A stretch of DNA of 63,890 nucleotides, filler included, from Reticulomyxa filosa (Eukaryota > Protista > Foraminifera): the NCBI GenBank assembly GCA_000512085.1. It is 20 parts of 20 records of this genome, joined end to end, with 100 filler letters (N's around TTAATTAATTAA, not from the genome) between each part and the next. Parts side by side here need not be neighbours in the genome. Positions count along the whole stretch, not along the records: positions 3,733 to 12,768 come from ASPP01000380.1; positions 12,869 to 15,752 come from ASPP01001533.1; positions 15,853 to 18,830 come from ASPP01001595.1; positions 18,931 to 19,959 come from ASPP01006874.1; positions 20,060 to 28,589 come from ASPP01007036.1; 15 more parts are not named here. The stretch is one strand, 5' to 3'. Numbering within the stretch: the stretch's first letter is position 1; the number at the start of each line of letters is the position of its first letter. The notes under the pieces were generated by a model, which worked only from the letters and a program-made list of their open reading frames with translations, made no database searches and had not been told where the DNA came from. A program made the position numbers and the translations under genes. Shown here piece after piece: positions 11,471-24,274 of this stretch.

Positions 11471-12768
11471 TCAATGCAGGCCAGAAAAATGAGAGGAAAA
11501 CAAACTCTTGTTTGTCCTATTGGTAGTAGTTTTTGTTTGTTGTACTGCATAAGAGTTGATAAATCGGTGAGGAGTTGGAGAAGATGATTTATATTTGTTC
11601 CTTGTCAAAGTACTATAATTGTTTTGTTTTGATGAGCTGTAGTCCAGTTTCGGACTGTTCACCGGTTTTGAAAGAGCAACATCAGATCTGGAGCGTAAAC
11701 TTTTTACTCTGTTTAAGTGAGTAAAACTAAAAGGCGCGGGTTTAGTGACAGATTTTTTTTGAATGTCGCCGCAATCCTTAGTTTTTTCTTCTGCCGTTTT
11801 TTGGGTCTCAAGCCAACTGTGATGTGATGGATTTGTCACTATTCTTTGATTTTCTTTAGATGTTCGCGAGAGCCATGGCCTTGAGTACCGCCTACTAGTG
11901 AACGAAGTTGGTTCGTATTGCAACTTGACACCACTGGCAACCTGAAGTTTGGAAGAAGATCCGTGAGGACGTGGTGAAGTGCGAATATAATCAGAGAGAA
12001 TCTGTGAGTCTGCATCCTTTGTCTGTGCTTGCTGATTTGTAAGGAGCGGCGTGTCTCTGTTTTGTGGTACAGTTGTTTGCTGTTTTGTTTGAACGTAATC
12101 AGACCTTTTTTTGTTGATAAGTTCGCTTTCATTTTGTTCATTTCGTAGTTTTTTTTCTTCTTGCTTTGTCTTGTCCACAACACATAACAAAGCATTCGAA
12201 AGATGCTTTTCATTGCACTCGCACATTTTTTTTCGCAAAAAGATAAATACACACTCACCAAAACATTGCCACAAGTTGGTACAGCTGCATCAGCTGTATT
12301 TTGTTTCCCGGATGATAGCGAGTCCGCACATGGTGAGCTAATCATGTGGTATATACACAAACCAAAATAAAGGGAATTTTTTAACTTTCTCACTCACACG
12401 AGTAACGACAACAACAAAAAAAGAACATATGTGTATATGTGCATATTTTCATTTACTAGTTATTATTGGCTGTGCTCACAATATCTTTCAGCTGCTCTTT
12501 TGAAACTTTGTTGTCTTTGTCGTTGCTTTTAATGTTTTTGAAAAGCAAATTACTCAATTTGAAGAGATTGCTTTCGCCGCCGATCCACTCAGATGCATTG
12601 TGCTGTTGTGTTTGTGATGTGTTGTCAAAAAGCTTTGAGGAGCTACGAGACAGGTAATTTGATGAGTAAGCAAAGGGTGAAGCGCTTTTAGGCTTGGGTG
12701 AAGAAGGAGGCGACCGGTAAGGTTGGAACCGAAAGGGTTTGAATTCCGGGTTTTTAAAAACCCGGAAT
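11471..12768 (-). CDS. Hypothetical low-complexity Ser/Thr/Lys-rich protein (3' exons)
   Basis: Long open frames with coding-like composition separated by AT-rich intron-like gaps. No domain recognised. Confidence 0.55.
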
Positions 12769-12868
12769 NNNNNNNNNNNNNNNNNNNNNNNNNNNNNNNN
12801 NNNNNNNNNNNNTTAATTAATTAANNNNNNNNNNNNNNNNNNNNNNNNNNNNNNNNNNNNNNNNNNNN

Positions 12869-12905
<37 letters not shown>

Positions 12906-13860
12906 AGAGCCACAAAAACTTGAAAAACAAGACGGAAAAATATCGGACGTGAAATCAGTGACACACACATTGAAGGTGACATTTGACGAAGAAAAAGGTA
13001 CATTTGCAGGCATGCCAAAAGACTGGCAAAACGCAATGAGCAAGCAATTTGGTGTGTCCCCGAGACAACTGCCTGGTGTGAAGCTGCCAAACTACACAGC
13101 CAAAATTCCCAAAGTGCTGGTGACATTGAAAGAGCGCTTGGTCACAGCAAATGGATATCAACAAACAGGAGTATTTCGGTTGCAGCCCGATGCCAGGGAT
13201 AGCAATACTGTGAAGTCTGCACTTGACTCCGGAACGTTCAAACCTACTGATCTACCCCTTGACGCCAATATTTATGCCAACCTCATCAAAGTATGGTTTC
13301 GAGAGCTACCGGAGCCACTCTTACATTCCATTACATTCCAACAACTCGAAATGGCTTCTACAGAACAAGATGTCGCCAAGATTATTGCTCAACTTGATGA
13401 TCCTTGGAAATCTCTTTTTCTTTGGCTTTGTGATATTTGCGTTGAATGTGCCACCTATTGCAACGTTAACAAAATGGATCACAAAGTTCTGAGCCTGTGC
13501 TACATCTATATTTTTACCTTTGTGTACATATATGCATATGTAAATATATAAATATATTTATCTACATATTCAAGAAAATCCAAATGCAAGGACAAATAAT
13601 TGACAACACTTTTTTATTTGCTTGCTAATGTTTGACCATATACATACATATATTTACACATACGTATATATATATATATATATATTGCTTTTGCATGCAT
13701 GCAGAATCTGGCGATTGTAATTGGACCCAATCTCTTTAATCCTCCCAACTATGAAAATCCTACCAAAGCCGTCATCTATTCCTCAAAAGCTGTCGACTTA
13801 TTTGAAAAGGCTATCAAATGGAGGCATGTCAGTCGCTTACAAGAAAAAGTCACTTCTTAA
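12869..13860 (+). CDS. PBD/CRIB-like domain plus RhoGAP protein (5' truncated)
   Basis: KISDVKSVTHTLKVTFDEEKGTFAGMPKDWQ is PAK-type PBD-like. The RhoGAP part has IPKVL, the GVFR arginine finger, ANLIKVWFRELPEPL and NKM|NLAIVIGPNL. Intron 13486-13704. Confidence 0.9.
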
Positions 13861-15852
13861 AAAAAATTCTTCCTTTCTTCTTTCTGAAAATTGTACTTAC
13901 TTGATGTCTTTGGCTTTAATTTGGTTTTCTTAGTTCGCTTGAACAAATTTTGGTTTTATTTGTTCTTTTTCTTCGATCAGATCTCCTGCAAACAGTGTCT
14001 TTGACAGGCAGGGCAAGTCTTAGCAGCAGAGAAGTCGATTAATCATTCATAAACCTCGATTCTTTTACTAAACAAATTCTTCGCTCAAATTTTTGTGCAG
14101 AATCTCACAAAATAAATTTCGTTATAAATATCTTAATAAGACGTTAACACAAAATTTCATGACCACAAAAAAAGGGTCCTCTTATGTAAATCAAAACTTA
14201 TTGTGGTTTTTAGAAAATGTAGTGACTTGTGCAATATTTGCCCCTACAGACGGTAGCGGGTTGTGTGTTGACATAAAATGTGTTCGAGCGTTGAAAAACT
14301 TGGGCGTTACAGAGAACGTACACAAATATGTTTTTGCAGCCACATTGAGTCCATGTGACTTTGGCTAGGATTAACAGTTTTACAAGCAGCTTGTGGACAC
14401 AATAGGCTGACAGCTTCGAATATTTATCGAAACATTAAATGTAGAGCTCATAATTTGTCCATTTTTGTCAAATATGATATTGGTTTTATATGCACTCCAA
14501 ACGAGAAACGAGTTTATCGTCATCACACTGTTTGAAAGCGAGAAAAGCCACGATCTTGCTGAAGGGGGTGTTGAAGTTTTATGTTTTGTAAAAAACTGTG
14601 TCTGTTCGTCTAATTTAATTTGACACAACAAACAATCCTTTCTTTAGAATAGAAAAGGTATTACCGATTTAAATAAAGAATGTTGTAATTAGTAGCCCTT
14701 TAAAAAAAGTAAAAAAATTTTGTTTTCCGACTAAAAAGTGAAATAATTTACATAGACAAAAAAAGCAAAAGAGTTATAGATTTTTTGTTATTGAATATAA
14801 AAAATGTGTTATTTTTGCTTTGATATTTTTGAATCAATAAAACAAAAACAAATGCATCTAATTGAACATATTTATCCAAAAATGATTATTTTCCATCATG
14901 CACCTGTAAAATTAAAAAATATATCGATTTCACATATACAAAATTTTTAATCACGTGAACAAGAATATATTATTGAATTGTATTCACAATACAATTCAAA
15001 CTTCTTTTATATTCAATAAGTAGATCACTTGTAGTTACATTAGTGTAAAATGATCGGAATTAATCGTAAGTTAATTGCTATATACATATTTTTTAAAGCA
15101 TTTAACTTAAAATTTTTTTCTTCTATTACTTGCATTCTCTAATGATGAAGCAGGTGAAGTTAGTAAGTAGTCAGAATATTGAGAATATTCGAGTAAACAT
15201 CGATAGTTCAAGTTTTTTTTTAACATTTTTTTGTTTAAGTTGGAACGTCTACAAAACGTTTCTTCATGAAATGAAAAGATAAAAATTTGGTTAAGCAGAA
15301 AAATGTTTTACGTACAGTTGCAAGATTCAAATATCTTTTATTATTATAGTATAATGTGAATAAATATCTTGAAACGAGTCTTTCTCAATGATTGTTAGAT
15401 AGTCATTAACTGTCTAATTGTTTCTATAACGCCATACGTAGTTTTTTTCAATTGCATATACAATTATGCAATTCATAAATGTGTATTTAGATAATATTCA
15501 TTTGTGAATAGTCATGGAGAAGAAGGTCACGTTGCTATTGGAGATAATACGATTTCTCAAAAAATCTTCTACAATAGTTTGCAAAAAAAACAGTACAACT
15601 AAAAAAAATGGCTTTTTTATATTTGACTTATATAATTTTGTATACATAGAACAAATCATAGACTATTTTTCCTCTATGTTGTACTATATTATCTCTTGCA
15701 TTTATTTGAGTATTTTCTCTTTTCATTTTCATCAACACAATTGTAAATGTAANNNNNNNNNNNNNNNNNNNNNNNNNNNNNNNNNNNNNNNNNNNNTTAA
15801 TTAATTAANNNNNNNNNNNNNNNNNNNNNNNNNNNNNNNNNNNNNNNNNNNN

Positions 15853-17009
15853 AAAAATAAAAAAATATAACTAACCAAGTAAAGATAAGCATCAATAGTA
15901 AATCGAATAGAATCAATATCTTCTTTTGTAATTTTGTCTTTCCATTTGTATTCTTTCAATAGTCACACTTCAAATTGTTCACTTGACATTATTTTGAACT
16001 TTTCAATAATATCTGATTTGTCATTTTGTTCTCTTTGATGCCACCATTTCATCAATTTTTTAAGTTGATCCTGGATTTGCTTTGAATTTTCAATGTAAGT
16101 TGTATAGAAAATACTTTTTCATTTTTTATGTTAGAAATGTAATATATATATTCTTTTTTACTGTTTCATCTTCATTTATTTTTTCTTATCTTCTTCATTC
16201 AACCATTCACTCACTTTCGTTTTCATGTGTGTTGATACAGTCATCCTTTTGCCATTCCATCCTCCAATATGCATATTCATTGAATGATGCAATATCACTA
16301 CAAACAGGTAATTGGCGAAATTGAAACAAAATGTTACTTTCATCATATTCAATTGATAATCCTATCTTTTTACAAAATAATAGCATTTCATCATTTCTTG
16401 TACTCATCCATTTTTTGACTTTGATACAAAGCAATGATAAATAATATAACTGGCTGGTAATTTATCATGTTTAATAAATTGAAATACATTTAAATCAAAC
16501 ACGCTAATATTATTTTTATAATAAGTAATAAATAACAAATGATTGTTGCTTCCATCAATCACTGCACGCACTCCTTCATAATCATCTTGTTTTCTTCCAA
16601 TTTGAATTGGATAATTGTGACTGTCTATGAAAGGGATTCATTCATTGTACTTTTTTGATTTATTCCTTTTGATGTCACTTATATATTTTATCACCAATGT
16701 ATGGTTATGTTTTCCACCAAAAGATAACAGAGTGACCCCATTGCTGTCTTTGTTGTTTCTGTGATATTCCAGTTTCAATACACAGTGTCCAAATAATTTG
16801 ACTTCATGTGGATACTCACAGACGAACTTGTATTCATTTTTGAGTGTATGATAAGAATAACAAGCCCTCTGTTTACAAATGAGGATTTTGCGTTTGTATC
16901 GTACACATTGAGGCAAAGCAAATGAAGAGGACACATTCTTCACATCCTGAAAGGGAGTTGAGGTAGTAATGATTTGCTTTTGCTTTCGTGCTGTGTTTTG
17001 GCTGCTCAT
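15853..17009 (-). pseudogene. Kelch-like beta-propeller family gene, disrupted
   Basis: CYSYHTLKNEYKFVCEYP, GHCV, LLSFGG; after a stop at 16638 it continues GVRAVIDGSNNHLLFITY...SVFDLN...YHCFV. Further frameshifts follow. Confidence 0.75.
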
Positions 17010-17736
17010 GCGTTAATGTTGAGACACCATTAAGTTAAATTTTTAAAAACTACAAAACTCTGTTTTCTCTTTTTTTCTTTCAACAGAAAAACTGAGTAAT
17101 TTTTAGAAATAAAAAAATATAATGAAGAGAGTTAACGTTATTTTTTATGTGCCAAGTTACTAAATAACAAATAGATTACATCTTTGCCTTCCTGAAAAAG
17201 CAAAAAATACATCAATACAATTTTTGGATTTGTTGTTTTTATGTATTATAAAAGTTTTTGTTTGAATAACCATTGACATATGCAAATACTTTTTTCAAGG
17301 GGTCTGTCACGTCCCTTTTAAAAAAAAATTCAGCTAGTCGAAATGCAACACAAAAACCTCATGAACGAAAAACTGAACAAAGTTAACATATCACTACTTT
17401 AACTTCCTTTCAAAACTTGAAAGCTTTGTCTATTCCGCTTTACGAACATCAATACGTACTACTACAAACACAAAATTAAAAAATTGCATGTTCGCGCATA
17501 TATGAGCAGTATATAAAAAAAATATTCGATGATGTTATCGAAGAGGGATGATTGATGAAACAACTGAAAACACAAATTGAAATGTATCACAAATAATTAA
17601 AATTTTGAACATTCTTTTTTTATCTCACACAAAATATTTACTTTCGTCTCATTTTGATTAAAAAAAGAAAGAATTTTTGAAAAGTGATTGAACTTTCTTT
17701 CACAAAATATGTTGCTTTTTTCTCATATCAGAATGT

Positions 17737-18830
17737 CTATCCCCACATACAAATGGGCCCTGTTAATGTTCCATAACATAAATTATAATTATAATTAGTA
17801 CCATTAATAACATTTCTTTCTCCATTCTTCAATGCCACAAATTCAATACATCTTATTCCTCTATCTTCTTCATCTCCTTTAACCTCATAAAATTTTCTGG
17901 TGATTCGGATATCCCAAAAACGAATTGTATTATCTTCTGATCCAGAACATATTACATTTGAATTTAATATATTATTTATGTTATTGTTTCTGAAAGGAAG
18001 ATATTCCACACAATATACCGCATTTGTATGCTCTTTAAATACATGAGTTTGTTTACTAGTTCGGATATCCCACAAACGAACACTTTTATCATGTGATCCT
18101 GATAATATTGTATTTAATAATTCATTTGATCCATATTTTACACTCATCACATAATCTGTGTGTCCTTTGAATACATTGAATTGTTTTGTTGTTTCAATAT
18201 CCCATATTCGAATGGTTTTATCGTTTGATCCAGAACAAATTGTATATCCATTTCCACCAATCACACCAACATTATTACTTTTATCATTGCTGTTGCTTTG
18301 CAATGATGAAATATCCAAACACCAAACAGTATTTTCATGTCCTTTGAAAACATGTAATGATTTTGATGTTTCAACATCCCATAAACGAATTTTTTTGTCA
18401 AATGATCCAGAACACAAATATCGGCCACCACTAAATCGTGAAAATTGGAGGGGAATAATGCCTTTGTTATGTCCATTGAGTGTTTGAAATTCTTTATCAA
18501 TATCGAAATCCCAAAATCGAATAATTTTATCACCTGACGAAGAACAAATTACTGAGCGATGATGATTATAATAATGATACGGTGAAAATTTCGCACAATA
18601 TACTCTAGTGGAATGTCCTTGGAAGCATTTCAATAGTTGTCTTGTTTTTACATTCCATACACAAACTGTTTTATCTTTTGACCCAGAGCAAAGATATTGC
18701 TCACCATTCAATGATGCATAATCAATACTCCTTACAACATTAGTATGTCCAGTGAAAGTCTCGATTAACTTGGAAGATTCGAATGAATCGAAAGAGATAG
18801 TAGAAAATTGTCTGAATGGAGAAAAATATA
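17737..18830 (-). CDS. WD40 repeat protein of the expanded family (about 7 blades, 5' truncated)
   Basis: Uninterrupted ORF with repeated GH...CSGSxDKT(I/V)R(L/I/F)WD units, ending in GPICMWG. Confidence 0.95.
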
Positions 18831-18930
18831 NNNNNNNNNNNNNNNNNNNNNNNNNNNNNNNNNNNNNNNNNNNNTTAATTAATTAANNNNNNNNNNNNNN
18901 NNNNNNNNNNNNNNNNNNNNNNNNNNNNNN

Positions 18931-19434
18931 AAAAAAAAAAAAAAAAATTGAAACTGTGTCCGGAGTCAATAAAATCCTCGCCCAACCAAATCGTCTTTTT
19001 GAGGACGGAACTTTTTGGAAAGTCTTTGGTTCAGCTTGGATCGGACCTGTTGCTTGAATTCCGCTTTTTTGTGGTAACTCTCTCCCGGCCAAAGGATGCT
19101 CTTATCTTGCAACTCCTTGTCCTTTGGTCGCTGTGACAACAGTGAGTCCAATGCTTTCATCGATTCGCGGCGTTCAAACTTTCGATACTCAATTCCTCCT
19201 GTCCCTGCATTGGCGTTTTTGTAACGGTAACGATACTTGGGCGCCTTCTCTGCTGCGCTTTGTGCGGCTTTGGAGGTGGAGGACAAGGAGGAGGAGGAGG
19301 GAGCGGGCACTACATTTTGTGGCGTTGAGTGTGCTTCGTTTGGAAATCCATCAATGATTAACATTGCTGGATCGAACACAGACGATGGAGAGGGAGCTTC
19401 GCTCCTTTCATCTCGAGAATCCTTTTGGCGTGCC
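18931..19434 (-). CDS. RPEL-repeat (G-actin-binding) protein, partial
   Basis: LDSLLSQRPKDKELQDKSIL and LNQRLSKKFRPQKDDLVGRGF match the RPxxxEL consensus. The gene probably continues past the contig end. Confidence 0.75.
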
Positions 19435-20059
19435 TACATTCAACCATCCCCATTTTGTTTGATATTTCTCTACCGATTGGTTTTTGTTTGTTTGTTTTTG
19501 TTCCCTTTACTCTTCTACTCTTCTTTTTTTTTTTCCTCTTCAAGTTCAAAGTGAAGAAGGGAGGAAAGTTGATGACCTTAGCTTGCGACATCAATCACAT
19601 GTACCGAATATGAATTCCCGGTTTATTCAAAAAAAACTCTTTGAACTGAGCTTTTAAAACTTCGACACCATATAAACAGTCACTAAATCGTCATGTTTTG
19701 ACGCAACTATTTCCAACTTGGCAAGTACTTTGCAAAATCTAACTTTGTTTATTTTGTGGCAAGCTGGGAGCCGAATTTGCTTTACGATTTATTTTCCCTT
19801 TCTTATTTTGCAATTAACAACAATTTAAGCAAAGTTTAAGAAAAGATGTAATAATTCTTCAATTATTTTAAACAACAAATAATTCAATATAGGTCATTGA
19901 ACAAGTTATTGACAACAAAAAAAGACTAGTTTCAAAACAATTTGTGCGGCAAGAGGGGGNNNNNNNNNNNNNNNNNNNNNNNNNNNNNNNNNNNNNNNNN
20001 NNNTTAATTAATTAANNNNNNNNNNNNNNNNNNNNNNNNNNNNNNNNNNNNNNNNNNNN

Positions 20060-20294
20060 GTGCCATTTAGGTATGGCGGTTTTTTTTTCAATCTACTGTA
20101 TTCGATTATGGAGTGTTGAGCATACAATAAACAATGATCCCGATAAACCAGTTAAACTTGGTTTGCTAAAATGCGTTTGGCAAGCTGGTATTCATAGTTG
20201 CAGCTTGTCAATGAAAGACAGCGTTTGGAAACATGTTGATGGTCTAACGCCTCATCAAAAATTGCTTGTACAACAGCGTGGTGGAACATTTTAA
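20060..20294 (+). other. ORF end weakly resembling an IS630/Tc1 transposase C-terminus
   Basis: RLWSVEHTI...VWKHVDGLTPHQKLLVQQRGGTF* loosely parallels the LW..L and LV.SMP.R...VI..KGG consensus. No DDE residues are visible. Confidence 0.3.
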
Positions 20295-20824
20295 TTTTTA
20301 TTTTTCATTGCACAATTTTGTTACAGTTAGTTTTTTATGTAAATAAAATTAACAATTTTTTGTAAAGATTTATATTGAAAAAAGACCACAGCAACATTGG
20401 GTTAAATAATGATTAAATGTCAAATTCCACGACAAATTACTACAAAAACAACCAACATCAGCGATCAACCCATATAATAGTCTTCTGCGTAATCACACAC
20501 ACAAGCCCAAAATTACTTTACAAATACCACCTTATTTAAACAAAAACTTACCAACGACACAAGCGTTTCTCAAGTTTCATAACGATCAAAATTCAAAAAT
20601 TTTAACTAATACACAACGATAACAAATGCGAAAAATTTTTGCAGTATTCCGAATTATTTTTGCACGTGGTTTTTGTTTCTGAAGCTTCGGCGCAAAAAAA
20701 ATGCTTCCAGCGCAACAGTGGAGACTATTCCTCGACATGATGTACTTTACAACATCGTATCATCACGTTACTAAAGAATATCTCCCGATCAAGCCCACAC
20801 ATTTTAAAAAAAAAAGAAAAAAAA

Positions 20825-20882
20825 ACAGAAATTTTTTACGACTGGCGGCACAGTAGTGCCGCCAGGTGTAAAATTTTTCTGT
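20825..20882. repeat. Palindrome / hairpin
   Basis: Perfect 10-bp stem CTGGCGGCAC-AGTA-GTGCCGCCAG (20842-20865), extended by ACAGAAATTTTTTAC / GTAAAATTTTTCTGT and A-tract/T-tract arms. Confidence 0.85.
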
Positions 20883-21801
20883 TTCGTTTTTTTTTTTTAA
20901 AGTTTTGTTTTTTTGTTTCATTTTGTAATTTTTGAGTTGTATTGCTATTTTTATTCGTTATGTTTTGTTTTGTACGATCTTTGTAATTATTTTGTGTATT
21001 TTTTATTTTTTGTAGTTATTGGCTCTGCTATATTTGCAGGATTTCGATTGTTTCTCTGATTGCTTTTTTGTGCACGCCGAAAAAAGTTCATTGAACAAAT
21101 CTAATACAAATTTTTATCAGCCGGAAAAATATTTCAATGATAGAGAAAAAAATATAAATCTTATAAATTTCTTTTTTTAATCTCTTTTATTTTATGTTTT
21201 TGGAAATTTGAGCTAACAATGATTTGAACACCTCAAACAGTCATATCCACCGAATAACACATTTAGCTAATACTTTTTTTTCTTAAATTTTTTTGGTGTG
21301 TGGGCGAAGCAATTGATTGGAACAAGTTTACTGGTTTCAAATAACTTTAAAAAAACGGACTTTTGATGTCTTATTTGGAATTCTTGTTTTGATGGCGATA
21401 AACAAAAGAGTCATGGAAAAAAATATTTGATCACTTTGGGGCAGCAATGCCAACCCTAATCTTTCAAATTCATTTCTAGTCCTAAGCAAGTACAAATAAA
21501 CTCAGGTAAATTCAAAAGAAAAAAGACAACACAACAACAGGAAAAAAAAAAATTACACTCCAAATCTGCCACAAAAAAGGAAAATCAAGCAAAATTTGAA
21601 ATGTTAAAAAAAAAGAATAGTGATCAACCAACAAAAAAGGACCAAAGAAATGTGCGCTCAAAAGCAAATCGAAAAGTATGTGTTGACAAGCCAAAATAGA
21701 CTTTAGAAAGATAGAACTGGGTTGTCAACAAAGCAGATGGAAAGAATGATGAATGACAATAGGATGGGTTGAAAGAGAGCATCTGAGGAGAATTGGATTT
21801 G

Positions 21802-23554
21802 TTAAATGAACCTGGTCACTTTTAGAAGCATTTGAAACTTCCATGTATCTAATATATCTTTAACATTGACCTTGTCTGTTGCATTAGATCAAACATGCAA
21901 CAACATGCAATGAAACCAGTTTGCAAGGAAAAGAAGAGAGAGGAAGCTGAAATAAAATGGGCATTGTACCGGTAGCACAGGAGACGTGAAAATATAAATC
22001 TCTTGGAAACGAAAACGATTTAGCAGAAGGATTCTGCTGTTCCGCAGCCACAAGCTCAGACATAAAGAGCGTTTTGTTGCCGGTGTCAAACCTGTCCTCG
22101 AGTTCCTTCTGTATGTATTTGAGTGCAAACTCTGCGCTGTTCAAATGTTCGTCAGGACAGTCGAAAGAATATACACTAAATGGTATCTCTTTGATATATA
22201 GTTCAAACAAATCTATTTCGTCATTTGAATCACGCACAAATGTATATTTTTGCTTAGCTCGAAATGCAATACAATATGTACACGTACATACACGCGTACA
22301 TATGCAATCATATACATATACATGTTAATGACCATATTTGTTCAAAAACACCATAAAATTGGTTTTTTTGAATTCTTCGCAAGTGCTGATATTGCGGAAT
22401 AATTCGAGGGACTCATCCCAGCACCTTACGGAATTGTCTTTATACGACGCTTTGTAGTACCCGGTGAGCGATATCATATACAACACCATGTCGACGCCTG
22501 CGAACAAACGGATCCATCTGTGCTATCCCGTGTATGCATTTGTTTGTGTGTGTAGAATAGGAAGGATACACTATTGCAGATGAGTGCACATAACTTACTT
22601 TTTTCGTTCATTTCGTTGGTTCCCAATATTGATCAGTTTGACCTTCCACATCTGTGAGTGAACGTCTAAAGAACAAGTTGTGCACGTCATTTCCATTGTT
22701 CGATATCGAGCCCTCACCTATCACGTGTATCGTTTGTACGTACACATACGCAATACAGGTATATCATATACAGTACACATTTAAAAAAACATGGTCAGCA
22801 AGGTCAGCACAATAGGTAGGATCCGCAATCTTGTTGGCTTTCTTAAAAAAATAGGGAGTGGATTCCATGATATGTGTATTCGCACGTATTTTCCAAGTGC
22901 GTTTCATTTCAGCCTATGTACATACATATATACATATACATATAATATAAAAAGGGCATCGAATCAGCGAGAAAAATATAGGAAAAAACAACAAACGAGA
23001 GCCCAAAGTAGTTTGACATTTCTAGACATTGTTTTAGTAAACTCCATTTCATCCGTGACTTTTCCAAAAAGTGCGGCAAATTCATCGCGGATTTGGCAAC
23101 ACTTTTCATCCTCGATTTGAAGGCTTGTGTCACTTGCCGACAGTTCTTTGTTCGCTTGACACAAGTCAATGATATCGTCGAGTACTTGCTTTCGCACCGC
23201 CATCGTTGTCACTTGCAAATCGCGCTGTAATATTTCGCCGTATGTGCCCTGTGCCCGTTTGAGCAATGTACCTATGCAATTCAACCAATTTCCAAGTTAT
23301 CATCTTATTAGAAATGCATATACTTATCACACATACATTTATACGTATTCATGTGCAAACCACCTTCTTTTGGAATTTTTTTAAAGGTAACTTTTGCCAC
23401 TTCCTCGTGTTCCCAATAATAAAAGAGTTACGGCTCGATCCTCTTCTTGTTTTGCCTTGCTTAGTTCTATGTTAATGTTCATATTCAGTGTCTTTTCGTC
23501 AACATCAGCTACTTTCTTTTCTGGTTCTCTTCTTTGGAACAGCCAGCAAGACAT
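21802..23554 (-). CDS. Divergent heterotrimeric G-protein alpha subunit A
   Basis: LLLLGTRGSGKS|T, helical domain, YFLRK...DYLP.ADL, RARYRTM, LINIGNQRNERK, WIRLF, DESLELF, FLNK|DLF, VSCAT|D. Multiple GT-AG introns. Confidence 0.9.
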
Positions 23555-24274
23555 ATTTGCCAAAAAAATATTGATTTGTTTGAGATTGAAAAAAGCAATG
23601 TTGATTGCCCCTTTTTTTTCTCTCATGTTTTTTATGTTCAGAAGTTTACTTCAGCTACAATTGCAAAAAAATAACTGCTCTTCTCGTGGAAAGTGATCGT
23701 TTTTTTTGAATTTTTTATTTCAAACATTGCCCCGTCCGGGATATGAAACAAAAATTATATTTTGTAAGTCCCAAACAAAAAAAATAATAGTATGACGAAA
23801 TCCTTGTTAGTTTTTTAGCTTTTTTGAAAAGAAACTGTTTATACTGCTTTTTTTATAAATAAAAAATTATAACTTTCATTATCTCCAAAGTTTATTGTTG
23901 AATTGCTAAAAAACTCCAAAAATGTTGTATTCTTAATGAAAAAACTAAACGATGTTTGTATCATTCATCATCAAAAAATTTTAATTTAAAAAAATGCAGA
24001 TGGTCTAATGCACTTGGTTAAATTTAGTATCGCATGCGCAAATAAATAAAATATGTGTGTGAACCCCGTTTATATTTTCAATTTGATAAAGTCAAAGTTT
24101 ATCTTGCCAGTAGTTATAACGCTAAATGTACTGTACTATTGAATGTCGTGTTCTCACTATGAATATGCAGCAAAACAAAAGAGCACGTGCAATCCAAATC
24201 TTTGAATTTTTTTAAAAAAAGACCCTTGGACACCGTTTTCTAAAATAGCAACTAAAGTGCAATTTGTAGTGATT

